From Chrysomallon squamiferum (Eukaryota; Animalia; Mollusca): a stretch of DNA of 64,000 nucleotides. Under the pieces are notes generated by a model, which had not been told where the DNA came from, ran no database searches, and was given only the letters and a program-made list of their open reading frames with translations. Shown in pieces: positions 14,812-29,422 of this stretch. Each line of letters begins with the position of its first letter. Within the stretch, counting starts at the first letter, position 1. A program made the position numbers and the translations under genes. The stretch is taken from positions 39,494,001 to 39,558,000 of the forward strand of contig CM022665.1 of NCBI GenBank assembly GCA_012295275.1, read 5' to 3'.

Positions 14812-17800
14812 TGCACATGTAATGTGATAAAGAGTTTCAGCCATTGCCAGATGCCATTACTAATATTAATTTATTAAAGGCTGTGGTAGGTGTTTCTGTG
14901 TCCATGTACATATACGTAATGATATCAAGCTGGTTTAAGATGTATGTGTTATCTCTACTGTATATAGGATATTTATAAAATAGTGATTATATGCCAAACA
15001 GATATTTATGAAAATGTACTGTACAGTTTATGCACTTTAACATGTAAACGGAAAAAAAAAAAAAAAAAAAAAAAAAAAAACAAAAAAAAAACTCCTGAAA
15101 AATGTAATAAACAAAAGTGAAAAAAAACAAAGAAAGAAAGAATAATTTAAGAAAGACTGATATATGATACAGTTAATAAAATTCCAACATGTTAATTTTT
15201 CTTATGATTTGATGTACATTTTATTTAATTATGTGCAGATATATTTAACATTTATATATATATATATATATATATATTTATACTGCATACATCACTCTAT
15301 AAACATTACAGATAGCCTGAAGACATAAAAAGATTAACATCTATTAGGCATTTCAGTTAACCTTTTATACTTGAGGCAGTCTGTTGTGTTTTGATACTTT
15401 TTTAAAGATATAACACAGAGGTGACCGTGACTTAACAAAGCATCTATTAAAACCATCAGCATTAAAAACATGTGATGTCTGATACCAATACAATCAAGAT
15501 GTAAGTCAACAAAACAACTTCAGGTATAAGCTATTCTCTGATAATATTAATAATAAAAAAAGAAACATTTGACAACTCCAGATGATAAACAAAATTAAAT
15601 TGTGTTGTTTGAGGATTAAATACTTTTTATACCCCTTGACAGTGTGACAATAAATTATGTTTTGTTCAAGCCATCATAATTTCTATTGGCAGTATGCTAT
15701 GTTGGATCTGTTGCCATTGTCATTTTTGCCTTGAATCCTGTCTTGTTTACACACAGTTTGACTTACAACTGAACTGGGATGATCTTCGTTTCCCAAGGCA
15801 GAAGTTAGAGACATTTTACTGGATTTCTTCCAAATTTGTAAACCTATGTGCTTTGAAACAGAATGTGCTGTTTGTCTTTGTTTGGAGTAAGGTATGTTTT
15901 ATGTTGCCATACCTAGTTGATTTCTAGCACAAGGGCAGACATCAATCATATATTAAACAAACAGTTTAGCTTTCTTTTGGCTTTAGAATAAGACTCAAAC
16001 AAAATCCAGTTAAGCTAAAAGATATACACTTTGTATATATATGAAATGTAGGCATGCTTTGAGACTTTTCTAAAGTGGGACAGCCAAACCTTCTACTGTT
16101 CAGACCAAAGTTAGGAGTAATTTATAAATATTTTGAAGGGCCTCTGAAATTATTAATGAAACCAACTATTTAACAGAAAGATTAGAATTAATTAAATTTG
16201 CAAGGTGTGTATTTTAAAAGTTTTTGGTTTTATTGACATCTTGTGGACAGATAAAGTCATCTTAATGAAATATTAATGAAAGACAAAATTTATTTAGACT
16301 ATTATGTAGGTACTGTCTAATTAATATTACCATAACCAATTTAATGATTATTGTTAGGAAGGTTTAAAAAATGGTTTTTAAATCTTTTTAATATAACATT
16401 TTCATTAAATAAATTTTACATAATTTTCTTCCAAATAATTATTAAATTACTTTAAAATAACCCATGCACAAATTTACAAAAATAATTCCGTACATTATGC
16501 TAAAAATTCTTTCCATTTAATCTTTTCTTACAGTCAAACCTTTTAGTGTTTTATTATGAAATAAAGATTTAACATATAAAGAGATTACCAGTGCTTTTAT
16601 TTCTTTTATACTGCCTTTAAGTTCAATAATATTTCCTTTCTGTGGGTATTACATGTATGTTAAACATGAATGCTTGCCTATCCCTCCTTTGTGTGTAACA
16701 GCAGCTTAATCTTAAAATACTTAATATTAATCTGTCAGCTGATTATTTCTTAAATGTTATATCTGAAACCAAAGGCATTAATATTTCAGACACTAACATG
16801 AAATTTATAAAAAATAGTTGATAATGTGTTGGACAAAAAAAAAAAAAAAAAAAAAAAAATGGGAGAGAGAGAAATTAAGAAAAAGAAAAAAAAGTGAAAT
16901 AGAGAAATAGAGTATGTGTAAGTGTTAATTTACATTCTGAATAAAAATGCTGGCTAATATCCTTGTATAAAATAAGCATAATACATTTCTGCATATTTTT
17001 TTTGTAATAACTTAATACACAAAAATGCTTACATATCTATTTTTGCTAGTACAAGATAACACATTCAGTCCTTGAATACACTACATTATTTACTTCACGT
17101 AAATAGGCAAAAAATGCACAACAACTAGATATGAACTTCAGGAAAAGGCAAGCCTCAGTATTGGCAGGAAAAACTCAAAACAGGTCTGGACATGTAAAAA
17201 ACTACAGAACATGAATATACATTTAGTTATACCACAGCACTTTTCTTGAAATAAAACACCCCAAAATTTAGTTCAACCAAAAATAAAAATCACTCAAATA
17301 AACATAAATGTAAAAAATAAATATAAAAATAACATTAATATTAATACTAATAACAATAATAAAGAAAATAGAAGGTAGTAAACAGAGATTACAATCATCT
17401 AATAACTCTGCTTGTATTATTTATATATATATATCTGTTGTCCTGAACCGAATATTTACTATTGAACATGACCTATCCTATAATCGCTAAGCGATATTAA
17501 AGAAGCATTAATTTCATAGTTAATGAAAGAACTATTCTGGTGAATGAGTTAAGAAATTTCATGCTTTGTAGATCTTGACATAGGCTGTGTTCAATCCCCA
17601 TGTAATTGTAAAATAAGACATCCAGGATAATTAAACATTTTGTGAAATTCTTGTGCTTTTGAAGAAGAATGCCACTACCAACAACAACAGTAGTAATAAC
17701 AATAACTGTAGTAATAGTTGTAGTAGTAGTTCTAGTGATTACAGTAACATTATAAAAAAAATAAAAATATATATATATATTTGTATTTATTCAAGTTAAA

Positions 17801-20800
17801 AAACTGAATATGGTTTTATAAATTAAAATATTACTAAAAACAAATTGTATGCTGTCAGATTTGGTCAAACTAAATTTAGATCATAATATTAAACCAGTCA
17901 ATACTGTTTTATTCACATATTCAATTTTAAATTAAATTAATCTAATTTATCATGATGTGAGATGGCTTCGAGTAAAGTAATTGAAATTAACCGGTGCTCA
18001 AGCCATCATTAAGAAGCCCCTGTGCCACTGTTTTAAAATTGTTAAATAGGATATCGAATCAATAAATGGCTTGCTCTCACAAACAGATTAGCAATTAACC
18101 TCATCAAGAGTTTGTCATAAACATTATAATTGATTTCTTACAAGCCATCTTTATGGGCCCATTAACAGCTACGATCTGTATCAACAGAACACAGGAACTA
18201 ACCTAGACTCTTGTGTCAAAGATAAACGACAACCTGCCAATAGAGATTCACTGAATAATCTGAGAACTGCCAATAAAAAAAAAATAAAGTTACTTAATAA
18301 ATCTCAAATCAACCAATAAAAAAACATTCCCTGACTTATTTGACAGTATCTAAGCAGCCAATGAAGAAGACATTTACTTATTAATCTGAAACCAAATAGT
18401 AATAAAATATTTAATAACCTCAAACCAGTCAATAACAAATTTCTTAATAACCTCAGGCCAGGCAATAAAATATTGATGAATACTCTCGAAGCAGCTTATA
18501 AAACAATTACTTAACAGCAAGGAGCTGAAAGGTATGAAAGAAACTATAAAAACTGCAAGATAAAAGCTATCTCAATGTAATCAATATTTCTCAGGTATGT
18601 GGGTCACACATATCAGTGACAGAATTCAATATGATCAGAGGGAAATGTTTGTATTTAAGAAATGCAAGGCCTGCAAAAGGCCTCTCATACAAGAGGCCAT
18701 TGTCAGAAGCCATTTTTCACACATAACTGGCACCCAGCTTTTGTCGGAAATATTGACGTTCAGATGATGTGTGGAGGTTTTTATAATATCAATGAACTAT
18801 AATTTTTGTGGCATTTAAAATCTGAAGCATTTAACTCACAGTCTCTTTGCCTGTTTTCCTGACTGTTAACGTGGGAAAGGACTGTAAGGAGTAAACAGCC
18901 AAACAAAAGAAATATTATGATTTGGTAATTCAATGAATAGAAGAGATATTATACAGAATTTGTCTGTTTATGAAGCATGAGGTTATTGTGCTGAATATTT
19001 TTTTTTTTTTCAACCACCACGATGAAGAAACAGGTACTGCTGTCAGTAGATTCACAAAATGAATGCCACTTGCATTTTGATTAATGGCTTTTGGGTTAGT
19101 ATTCCTTACAAAATGACTATTGACCTTGTGGTAACAGGTACATAACTATTAAAAAAACACCTAAATCATCTGACTATTAGGGGATGTGAATGTGTGTGTG
19201 AATATGTGTGTGTTGTGTTTAAAAGAGTAATAAGTGATGTGGATATATACCACAGCTTAAGTTTAGATTAATTTTATTTAAAGATTTCATTATAGTAAAA
19301 GCTTGTTGGGTTAAAATAAAAAACATAAAAAAATTAAACAACTTCAGGTACCGAACCATTTATCCAGCAAGCTTTGGACCAGAGTGGTCTGGATTTCTGG
19401 ATACAGGCTAAATATGTACTTAAACTATAAAAGAAAAAGAAGAAGAAAAAAACTATATTTAATAGTTACAAATTAATACACTCTTAAAGCAGTGTTGGTT
19501 TGATCTTTATTAATCTACCAAAATGTTTAAAATACCTGTATAATAGGATGAAAATTAAATGAAGATTAGATTATAGAAAGAACATAATTGTATTTAACCG
19601 TTATTCAGTACACATGTACAGCTGTATAATAATGACTTCTGAGAGATGTTTACTCAATATAGCAACAGTCTCATTTAAACTGTTTGATGCGTACATCATG
19701 GAAATCAGAAAAATGCAGCAACCAGCAAGCTGTGAGGCAACAAGTTTAAAAGTAGTCAGTTTAAAAAACAGCCAGTTTTCTGCATTTTCCAGATTTCTGG
19801 AAGCTGGATAAATAGTTCAGTATCTGTAATTCATTTACCATTTTTATAACCCAGTACTAACTGTATTAGCACTATTACATAATTAAATAAAAAGAAATTA
19901 ATATTATACATCATGCAAAATATATTTAACAGATTAAGAGAAACTGGTTTCATACTGGCAAATGATAAACCTATTCATTATATAAAAAAGGATACTAAAA
20001 ATTTATTATTTAACTACATCAAGATTTTTAAAAGCATTTTTATCCAATTACTAAGTGAACTGCAATTAAACTAACATGTAATTAATAAAGATAATTTCTA
20101 ATGACATCATGTCATGCTGACATTCTTGAACAGACCAAGATAAGAAATATGTCACAAGAATCTTAACTACAAGTCCACACTGTCTCCCAAACCACATCAC
20201 CAACCCCTACTGGTGAAATAACAGATTAAATCATGTACAAGCAGTGAACACACCCTGTAGAGAACAGGTGAGGAGCATTTCACTTCACTTGGTCTTAACA
20301 AAATTAGAAAAACACCTGCCAGGTACCCAGAGCACCTGTAATTTCAAGTAACTCAGCATGTCTAATACTGATTTAATCAGGAAACATTCAAGGTATTTAT
20401 TAGGTGTTGGCATGGAAATGACACTGAATGAATGCACAGGTAATAATAGAGAAGAAGAAGGAAAAAAAAAAACCCAACACTATCAGTAAATTTGAATATT
20501 TTTTGGCGTAACAAAGACATTGTTTTTCCTTTCACTGAACATATATCCATGGCATGTTCATTCAATTTTCTTTCACTTTTCACAAGATTAACTTTATTTT
20601 TAATTTTTTTGTAGATCCAGTATTTATGCTTTTGTGAAAAACTTAGGTAAAAAGAATTTACTGCATTAAATATAAATTACTCGTTCTCTTTTATGTTAAT
20701 TTTATTTTTCTTTATTTCAATTTTAGCATGAAAAATGAGATACTAAAATGAGAGAGAGAGAGAGATTTGTTCTTTCATTACAGTGGGGTTTTTGCGATCT

Positions 20801-21516
20801 TTTGTGACAATTTCCTAACATCTTATTTATACCAAGTGCAGACTGGAATGGATAAGAACTTTTATCTGAACTAACTGCATATTTACAACACACTAAATCA
20901 TGAATGGCTACAACTGATTGATTATGACTGACTTAACCATCAAACAAAACATCAAACTGACATAATCCAAAACACAGCTGGAGCATCAGTTATTATCTCA
21001 AGTAGACCAGCCACCTGGAAATGTGATATTCAGACATCAAAGGACCTCATCAAGTTAATGTCCTGTTCGTTGTCACAGTTAAACATAGGTGTTGTTAACT
21101 GTCTGTGACTAACAGAACATGACTCGGTTATTATGCAGAGTCAGTTAGCAAAATGTCAAGTAAGGAATGACTTAATGAATGACTGGAATATATTTTACAA
21201 GATTTAAACAAAAGTTAACATTTAATAAAATGTTTTATTATAAATTAACAAAGAATGTGACTTTTTAAAAATAAAAGATCTTAGTAAAAAAAGAAATAAT
21301 AATTAAAAAAAAAAGCCCAACCACATACATATAGAAATTGTTTTTAATGTTTCAGCTACAATTCAGTATTTAACTGGAATAAAAATAATAATATTAGAAA
21401 AAAAAAAGAAAAAAAAAAGGTTATGAAAAATGTATATGTAGAACTATCAATTAAAAATATTAATTTGAAAAAATACTGCAGTGTGTATTAAATAAATGAA
21501 AGGCTGCATAACTCAC

Positions 21517-24500
21517 CAGGTAGTATGTTTTGATATTTTTCACAAGTAAATCCCAGTTAAACAAACGTACTGTAACATCGTCATTCACTCTCCTGTTTAC
21601 TGCTTGATAGGCGGGTCGCACAGGATCTCTGAAATAACAAAAATATGAACCAATGTAATTATCTGACTGACAAGACCTTTTAACTGTTTGTCACCACGAA
21701 TTCTTTGATAGTAAAAATTTTAGTTTTAATGAAACCATAAAACTAGTTGTAGTTTCTATATCATTAACTGTTGCATAAAGAATACCACGTTTTATGTTTT
21801 TGTACCTGGGTTCAGCTAAGGATTGTGTATCATATGCTGTTTCTGTAGTCAAAGTTCTTCAGTTTATCATCTTGTAATTACATTCAAATTCACTACACCC
21901 AAAAGTCTGGCTTGAATTCTCACTAAGGGTACATAAAATGCTTTTAGATTAGATTCATTTTTGGTTAGTTGAGTTTTGTCTTCTTGGTTTTTTGGGGGGA
22001 GTTTGTGTTTTTTGCAGAATTTTTTAGGAGAATTCATTTTGTTTAGCTTTTTAATAATGATTTATTTATCCAAAAAAAAACCTCAAAATAAAAACTTTAG
22101 AGTAATACATGTCATATTATGGTATGATGATCAAAAATAGTGTTTTTAAGTTAACATACATATTTAATTTGTTTGATGTTTCACTAAAATATATAAGCTG
22201 AAGTGAAAGGACCATAGACCAGAAAAAACAAATCTATGTAAGTGGAAATCAGAAAAACCCAAAAGAGCCACAAATAAAATGTACGCTAATAATGAACAGC
22301 TTTCAAATTAGTCTCATATATGATAAACTGGCTGTAACTTTAGATAAATAATAAAGGACAGTAATTTGTTATGAATAGACTTTATTAAACTATCATATTT
22401 TCCATTAAAAACATACTCATTTATCATAAAAATTATATCAGAATATTTTACAGTGAAGACATTTTTTAAATAACCATAATTATTAAATTATTTAAAATTA
22501 GTTAATGGAAATTATATTTTTGAACTAAAGAAAATATAATTTTGCATTGATGGTGGTAAATAATGATGTTATAAAACAAACATTCCAAATAAAGTTTTTG
22601 TTAATTAGGATTTTCTTACTAGTAAGAATAATTTTAAAATCAGTTAATGACAATTATTGTTATTAACTGAACAAAACATTATTGATGGCAACCCATTAAC
22701 AAAACTGAGTATTGAATTTTCCTAGAAGTGCAAATCAGATTTTACTTAATAATGCTTATTAAATTTTGTTGTTTAGACTTTCTTATTAATTTCTAAGTAA
22801 TAATTATGAAATTGTTTAAAATCAGTTAATGATAATTGTATTTAACTGAATAGTACGTACTGATGGAACAAAAATATGATTTTTATTGAAGATGGCAGAT
22901 TTAATTCTAATGATAATTCCTTGCAGAGATGAATTTAACCTGAACATACCATGAAGATAGGTAATAGGATATTATTATTTTCTGTCAGTAACAACTAACA
23001 TATTAACAATTCTAAGCAGACAATGTGGGTAGTTGTCTGAATACTATCACACTAACAATAACACTATAGTTATATCTTGCTAAAGTAAATTTATGTAAAT
23101 GAACATTTCTGAATCTGTAGGGAGTAATGAAAACATTTTTAAAAAAAAGAAAAAAAAAAAACAATATTGAAAATACAAAAATATCCTTTATAAAATATAT
23201 ATATATATATAAAAAAAAAACTACTGCAAACCTCAGATTTCTTTAAATAAACATACAAGCTAGTATAACTTTCAATATTTGAAATAAGAAAATGCATTGA
23301 AATTTGTATTAATTTTAAATTAACAGCAGTCACATCCATTACAGTTTTATAACTTAAAATCAATTTGAACAGACTGCTTCACCTTGCTTGTTTATCAATC
23401 AATCAGCCCTATTACCAGGTGTATTTGTGTGATAATAGTGTGTGCAGGTAAAACGTATTCAGTGTGTGGTCAGAAAAATACTTTACCTACACCATGAATC
23501 AATAACACTGAGCATGCAGTCACACACTGTCCAGCTGTATAAATATTACCTTTAATATCCCTCCAAATGAAATATTATCAGACTTTAAAAAATTAACAAG
23601 CAAAAAATCCCATTATCATTATTATTATTTTATTTTTTACATAATATTAATTTAACTAAAAAGAACCTTAGTGAAGGAAAGATAGAAGTATTACTTCATT
23701 TGACAACACACTCAACACTTTTCAAAGGTAAATTTAATTGTGTGTGTGTGTGTGACTATAAAATGGGTTTAGTATATGATGCTGTATGTATGGTTAGGTT
23801 AGGTTATTTCTTAGACAGGAAAGCATTTACCACAGACTTCCATGAGCCAGTTATGGGATGCTGGCTGGATTGGGAAATTTCCTAATAAGAATGTAAAGGA
23901 CTGATCCTAAATTTTATAAAAAGATTCTAATATAAATAAATTTTACTTGTATCCATTTCAATTTTTTTACAGTGTTTATTGTGTCAATCATAAATATAGA
24001 CATAAAATGTGCACATAAATGTCTACTGCCTTAGCTATATAAACAACGTATATAAAAATTCATGTGTGTTTTACAGGCACACCTGGAGTAGGGGTTAAAC
24101 CAATATGGCTAACACAGGTCTGACTTAAAAAATATTTAAAAAATTACTGGAATATCACCTGTTAAAAATATTGGTCAGTTACTTGCTAAAACACATTTAA
24201 GCTGTATTAATTATTAATATTCACCATCAGCATTAAAATATATTAATTAAATATTTTTATCTTTCTAGATTATGACAGACTTGTTTTCTGAATTATGCTT
24301 ACATTGATGCTGTAATTTAATTAAATACTAACAAACACTGAAAAAAAAAAGAAAAAAAAAGAAAAGAAAAACAAAACCCCAGGACAATGTAACCTATCTG
24401 CTCTTTAAGATACACACTGTAACTTTGTTGTCTGAATTTTGCTAATTAAGTCTTCCTGAATGACCAGCAATGCATGTGGACTCTAAGCAAATGTACAGAC

Positions 24501-27076
24501 AGAGAGGAATGTCGCAGGAAATTTGTAAACTCTGAAAACACAACAAATACACCCTAACTTCTCTGTCCTGTCTAGTTTGCAATCAACAGGCGAGGTCTAG
24601 CATCTCGTAATTCATCGAAACATTTTCAAAAGCAACAATAGCCTGAATTTTTTTTTTCGTCTCCATTTTTAAATAAAAACTTAAATAATTATTATAAAAA
24701 AAAATAAAAAATAAAAATAAAAAATCCCATCTCCCACCTCCATCAAGGAAACTAAATTTTCTTTTCAGCTTTAAAAGAATTTGCAGCAGGATGTTAAAAC
24801 TAAATGTATATAGAAATATCTTTTGAAAGTGAACAGAACATAAACATTTGTTCTCCTTTGTGTTGCTAGCTATATTAAGCGTCCATGTGCAGCTGTTGGT
24901 GGTTTTTCCAATTTGATAATTGGTCCTCAAACAAATGCCTTTAATGGACTTCCATGAATGTGATGTACACAATGACATGATTCATTAAATAATTACAGCT
25001 AGCAGACTACAGGGAAAAAAACAAAATAAACACTGGTGCTGCATCTTTCAACATGTTAGCACAAATAACTATTTTTAATCCAGGATCTTGTGTGTGTGTG
25101 TGTGTGTGTGTGTGTGCATGCGCACTACGTGAGAGAATGTGTTTATATATATATATATATAATAATAACATGTACATGTATGTGTATGTATAATAATCAG
25201 TTTACTAAATATTTAGTAATTTAATATATATTAAACTGTTTTGAAAACCACATGTTTAAAACACGTAATAAACGTTAACATAAAATGTAATGAATATACT
25301 GAAACATACATTTATTCATTCACTGATATATTTATGTGTATATATAATAGAGGTATGTATGTGCAACAGGCACATAACAGCAGTATGTGACTAGAAGTAA
25401 CTTTACTACTGTAAAAATACTGACATACAAACATACATTTATGGATACTAATTGATTTAAATGCTCTAAATTTAATTCTGATATATATTTATATCTATAT
25501 TAACACACCTGAATAATTTCCACTTATAAACAAGCTGCTACATTTTCCTTGCAGCTGGATGACAAAATACAGTTTAGACTACAGTAAAAATGATGATGGT
25601 GAATTGTGTGTATCTGTATGTGTGTGTTATTTTTGAAGAATATTTGTTTAACAACAGTTGTTTAAGAAAATATTAATGAATGTACAAGGGAAAACAATTT
25701 TTTTTAAAGATCTTCATGTTCATTAATTTTTATTATCAGTTAGTGGCTAGAGATTCTTGATACAGACCTTACCACATATATAGTGTACAGACTATAATTA
25801 GAATAGCCTAATGGAAACAAAAAGAAAATTAAGGACACAGCCTCAGAAATGTTTAGTACTGCTGCAATCAAAGTATACAATATATAATTATTGTATGTAA
25901 TGTTATATTTATACCATAAATTAATTAAAGTTTGAATATAAAATCATTAAGAAGTAATTAATCAGTAATTTATGAATATAATTATTGTTTGTATATGTCA
26001 CATGTGTGTGTTTATATGTGTGAACATGCATGTGTTTGGGCATGTCTGTGTATGTATGTATAGGACTATATACACTTCTTACACATGATTTAATCAATTT
26101 ACCTGGAAACAATGAAACTTGAAATATCTGTCAATAAATTTATTAGTGAAAATTTGTAATGATTAAATGACTAAATTAAGTAATATATATATATAAGTAA
26201 TCTGCTTATCTGTATGTTATTTTTAATTTTAGTTTGTTGTTCATTAGATATTAACATTTAGGAACATATGTAAGTTTCTTTTCCTTTTTCATTCATGAGT
26301 AAACAGATTTAAAAAAAAAAAAAAAAAAAAATACATGCTACACATACTACAAAATGTGTGTGTGCTACCCCATTCTGTTATACCACTGTACATATTTAAA
26401 ACTGTTTTCATTTAACATATTCTTAAAACTGCATTTACTATTTTATTAGCTTACCATTTGTGAAGAACACATTTTATTATTTATTAATTTTGTTTTATCC
26501 TATTAATGTCAACTTTCAGATGTTGGTAACTGATAATAGAGATTAGGTCAAGTTAATGGCCAAGACAATGGCCAAGACAAAGAAATCCTGCTGCTGGGAA
26601 TTACCTAGATCCTGATTAATTCAATTAGGTTCAGCTAAATTCCTTACTTATGACTCAATTAACAATTAAAAATGATGTCTTGGTATTAAAGTCTTACTAG
26701 TATACAACCTTACTCTGGATCATTGTGCTATTTAGCAGAACAATCATATATCCATTAAGGTTCAAGCTAATTTGTGCTGGGGGCTCTCTGTAATGTTACT
26801 ATGAACAAAACAAATTTGATCAAAAGAAAAGTAATAAGCTATATATTTTTTCTCTGTTGATTCAGAGAAAATTCCATTATATATTCCATAAGAGGCATTC
26901 AGTATCCTGAAGAAAACACATAACTCATTTATATTGTTCTTAAGGATATTATGATCCTTATCATTATTCTATTATTTATACTACTGTAGTCTTATTAAAA
27001 GTCTCATCTCCAAATTCCAGTAATAAAAAAAATAATAAAATAGTATTTAAATAACTATAAATAATAATTAATAGCA

Positions 27077-27111
<35 letters not shown>

Positions 27112-28824
27112 GGTAGACAGCTAAAGTTCTACCACCTGTTTCTATCTGGACACATCATAAACATATATATTGATGTTTCCACACAAGAAGTAGCTGGACT
27201 GTTTATCACAGAATAACAGACATCAGGCCAATGCAAACACCATCAGTGATCTTTTTTTTTTTTTTTTTTTTTTGTATTTTGGATAAAGAATGGACTGCTC
27301 TACTTCACTTTCACCTAAAGTTGTTTTTTACTTGTAGATCAGTATAAATCATCAAATAAACTGATGATGACAGATGTTTTTCACTGTTGTCATTTGCTTT
27401 GCTACTTTAATCAGATATTATTTAGAAAGGAAAGGACAGTGTGACTGATGTAAATGGAAAATAAAAAAGTGATTTGTGTCATTTAAATTAAATTCTACAA
27501 TTATTCTGGATGAAAACAAGTTTTAAGTGGGTTTTTTTTTGGGGGGGGTTCTTAGTTTGCTTTGATTATTTAATACACATATATATATTCCATTCAAAGT
27601 AAATCAGTTGAATTTTGAAGTAAGTTTTACAATATGTACCTATTTTCTCTTCATTTTATTAAATACTTTAAATCTTTCTGGATAAAAAGTACTGTTTTGG
27701 GTGGGATGAACACTGCTTTTCATGATAATAAAGTTTTTTTTACTTTAAGGGCTTTCTTTTAATAACTGATTGAATTTTACTTATGTAAATATTATAGTAA
27801 CAGTTTTGTGATAGGGTAAAAAAAATATTTGCAGAGGTATTCACTTTGCTGTGGTTTTTACATTTAGATACTTGATAAAACAAAGGACTGTGGAAATTGT
27901 CTGGTTTTGGTGGACTTCTAGTTTTGTGAAGGTTATAAAAATTATTATTTTTTATCTGAGTACATCTTTTTCTGAATCTGAACACTTTCAGTTTACATTC
28001 ATGTAGGTGCATTAAAATGTTGTTTTTTTTTGTGTAATTTTTAAAATCTATACACTATCTACTTATTATTATTTTCTACAGCTCAAATGTAGTTAATCTT
28101 TATGTACTGGAAGTGGTATTAAATCAACCAGTATAAAGTAATAATTAACTTTGTCAAATGCCTTATTATTGGCTGTCGACTGTTTTTAGAAACAAGTTAC
28201 ACCAAAACATGTCCTTAATAATCTGGCTAAGAAACGTGATTATTAACAGTGCCAGAGAAATATTGATTTACCATAAATCACAGCATTATGACAAGTCTAC
28301 AGAGGCAATACATACAATTTCAAGTAAATGAAATTGTAATTACACAAATAATCAAAAGTTTGCCTCTGTTCATTTATTACCATGGGGGCACATTTGGGGT
28401 CCTTTTTGTATTTCAGTTAAAAGTGGTCATATATCAGGAAAACTGGTACAGGTTTTTATTTTTTTTAATTTTTTTTTTTAAATTATTCTGTTGATTATAA
28501 GTTATTATTTAAGAATAACGTTATTTATGAATGGCAAATGAAAATAATTATATGAAATTTTGTTATTAAAGACTGATGAATTTATGTGAAGTATTGTATG
28601 TTATTCTATAAATTAAATAAAAGCTGATTATCTCATATAGTTAACAACCATTTCTTACCCCCTTAAACCCTATATTTATTAGTATATACACTTGATTCAC
28701 CCCAACTCAGAATGATATACTGTAGTCCATTATAATTAATGTTTAAAAGTGACATCTATACACTGGCAGACTCAACATGTTATAGAACTAAGTTTGTACT
28801 TACTTGGCATGATGGAGATGGATG

Positions 28825-28875
<51 letters not shown>

Positions 28876-29231
28876 CATTAGTTTTTTTAAAAAGTAAACT
28901 TATGGGGAAATTAAGCATTCGGTTAACTTACATCTGTTGCATCACATCATTAAGGAAAACTCCATCATATAAATCCTTATAAGTGAGTGGATTAACTTCT
29001 CCAGTATGGAAAGTATTAATCTGTAATGTAAAAACACACTTTTGTTTTTAAATTTTAAATTATTTTTGGTTTGTTTTTAATTTTTTCAGCATACTTTTGA
29101 AAATGTTTTTATCATTTATTTTACAAAATAATAATAACTGTAAGTTGATCTGCTATAAAAAAAACATTTTTATTGTGATTTTAATGGTATTTATCAAAGC
29201 AATAATTAAAAATATATCTAAAAAAAAAATG

Positions 29232-29274
<43 letters not shown>

Positions 29275-29422
29275 CATTGAGTTTTAGGCTTACAAATTAA
29301 TACAATACGTAACGCTAAAATTACAAAACAGTTTTAAAAAATGAAAATACGAATTAAAACATATTATTTGAACTTACCCAAACTACCAATGGATTTTCCA
29401 TAAATGATGTATCCATAGCCAT
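21517..29422 (-). CDS. CCDC88A: Girdin/Daple (CCDC88A/C family) N-terminal HOOK-type domain; first three coding exons, gene continues beyond the left edge of the window
   Basis: Exons 29422-29378 (MAMDTSFMENPLVVW), 29020-28932 (INTFHTGEVNPLTYKDLYDGVFLNDVMQQI) and 21628-21517 (DPVRPAYQAVNRRVNDDVTVRLFNWDLLVKNIKTYYL). All have GT-AG sites with compatible phases (0, 2, 0). The peptide matches the remembered Girdin N-terminus (FMTSPLVTWV...LVDGVFLNQVMLQI...VNKKVNNDASLRMHNL...IKFYYQ). Exon 4 was not found in 1-21516. An invertebrate gene would be co-orthologous to CCDC88A/B/C. Confidence 0.9.

Noticed and set aside
24583-24642. Possible Girdin exon 2 (AIVAFENVSMNYEMLDLAC)
   Set aside because: In-frame stop and no donor; the true exon 2 is 28932-29020. 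A poison exon cannot be excluded.
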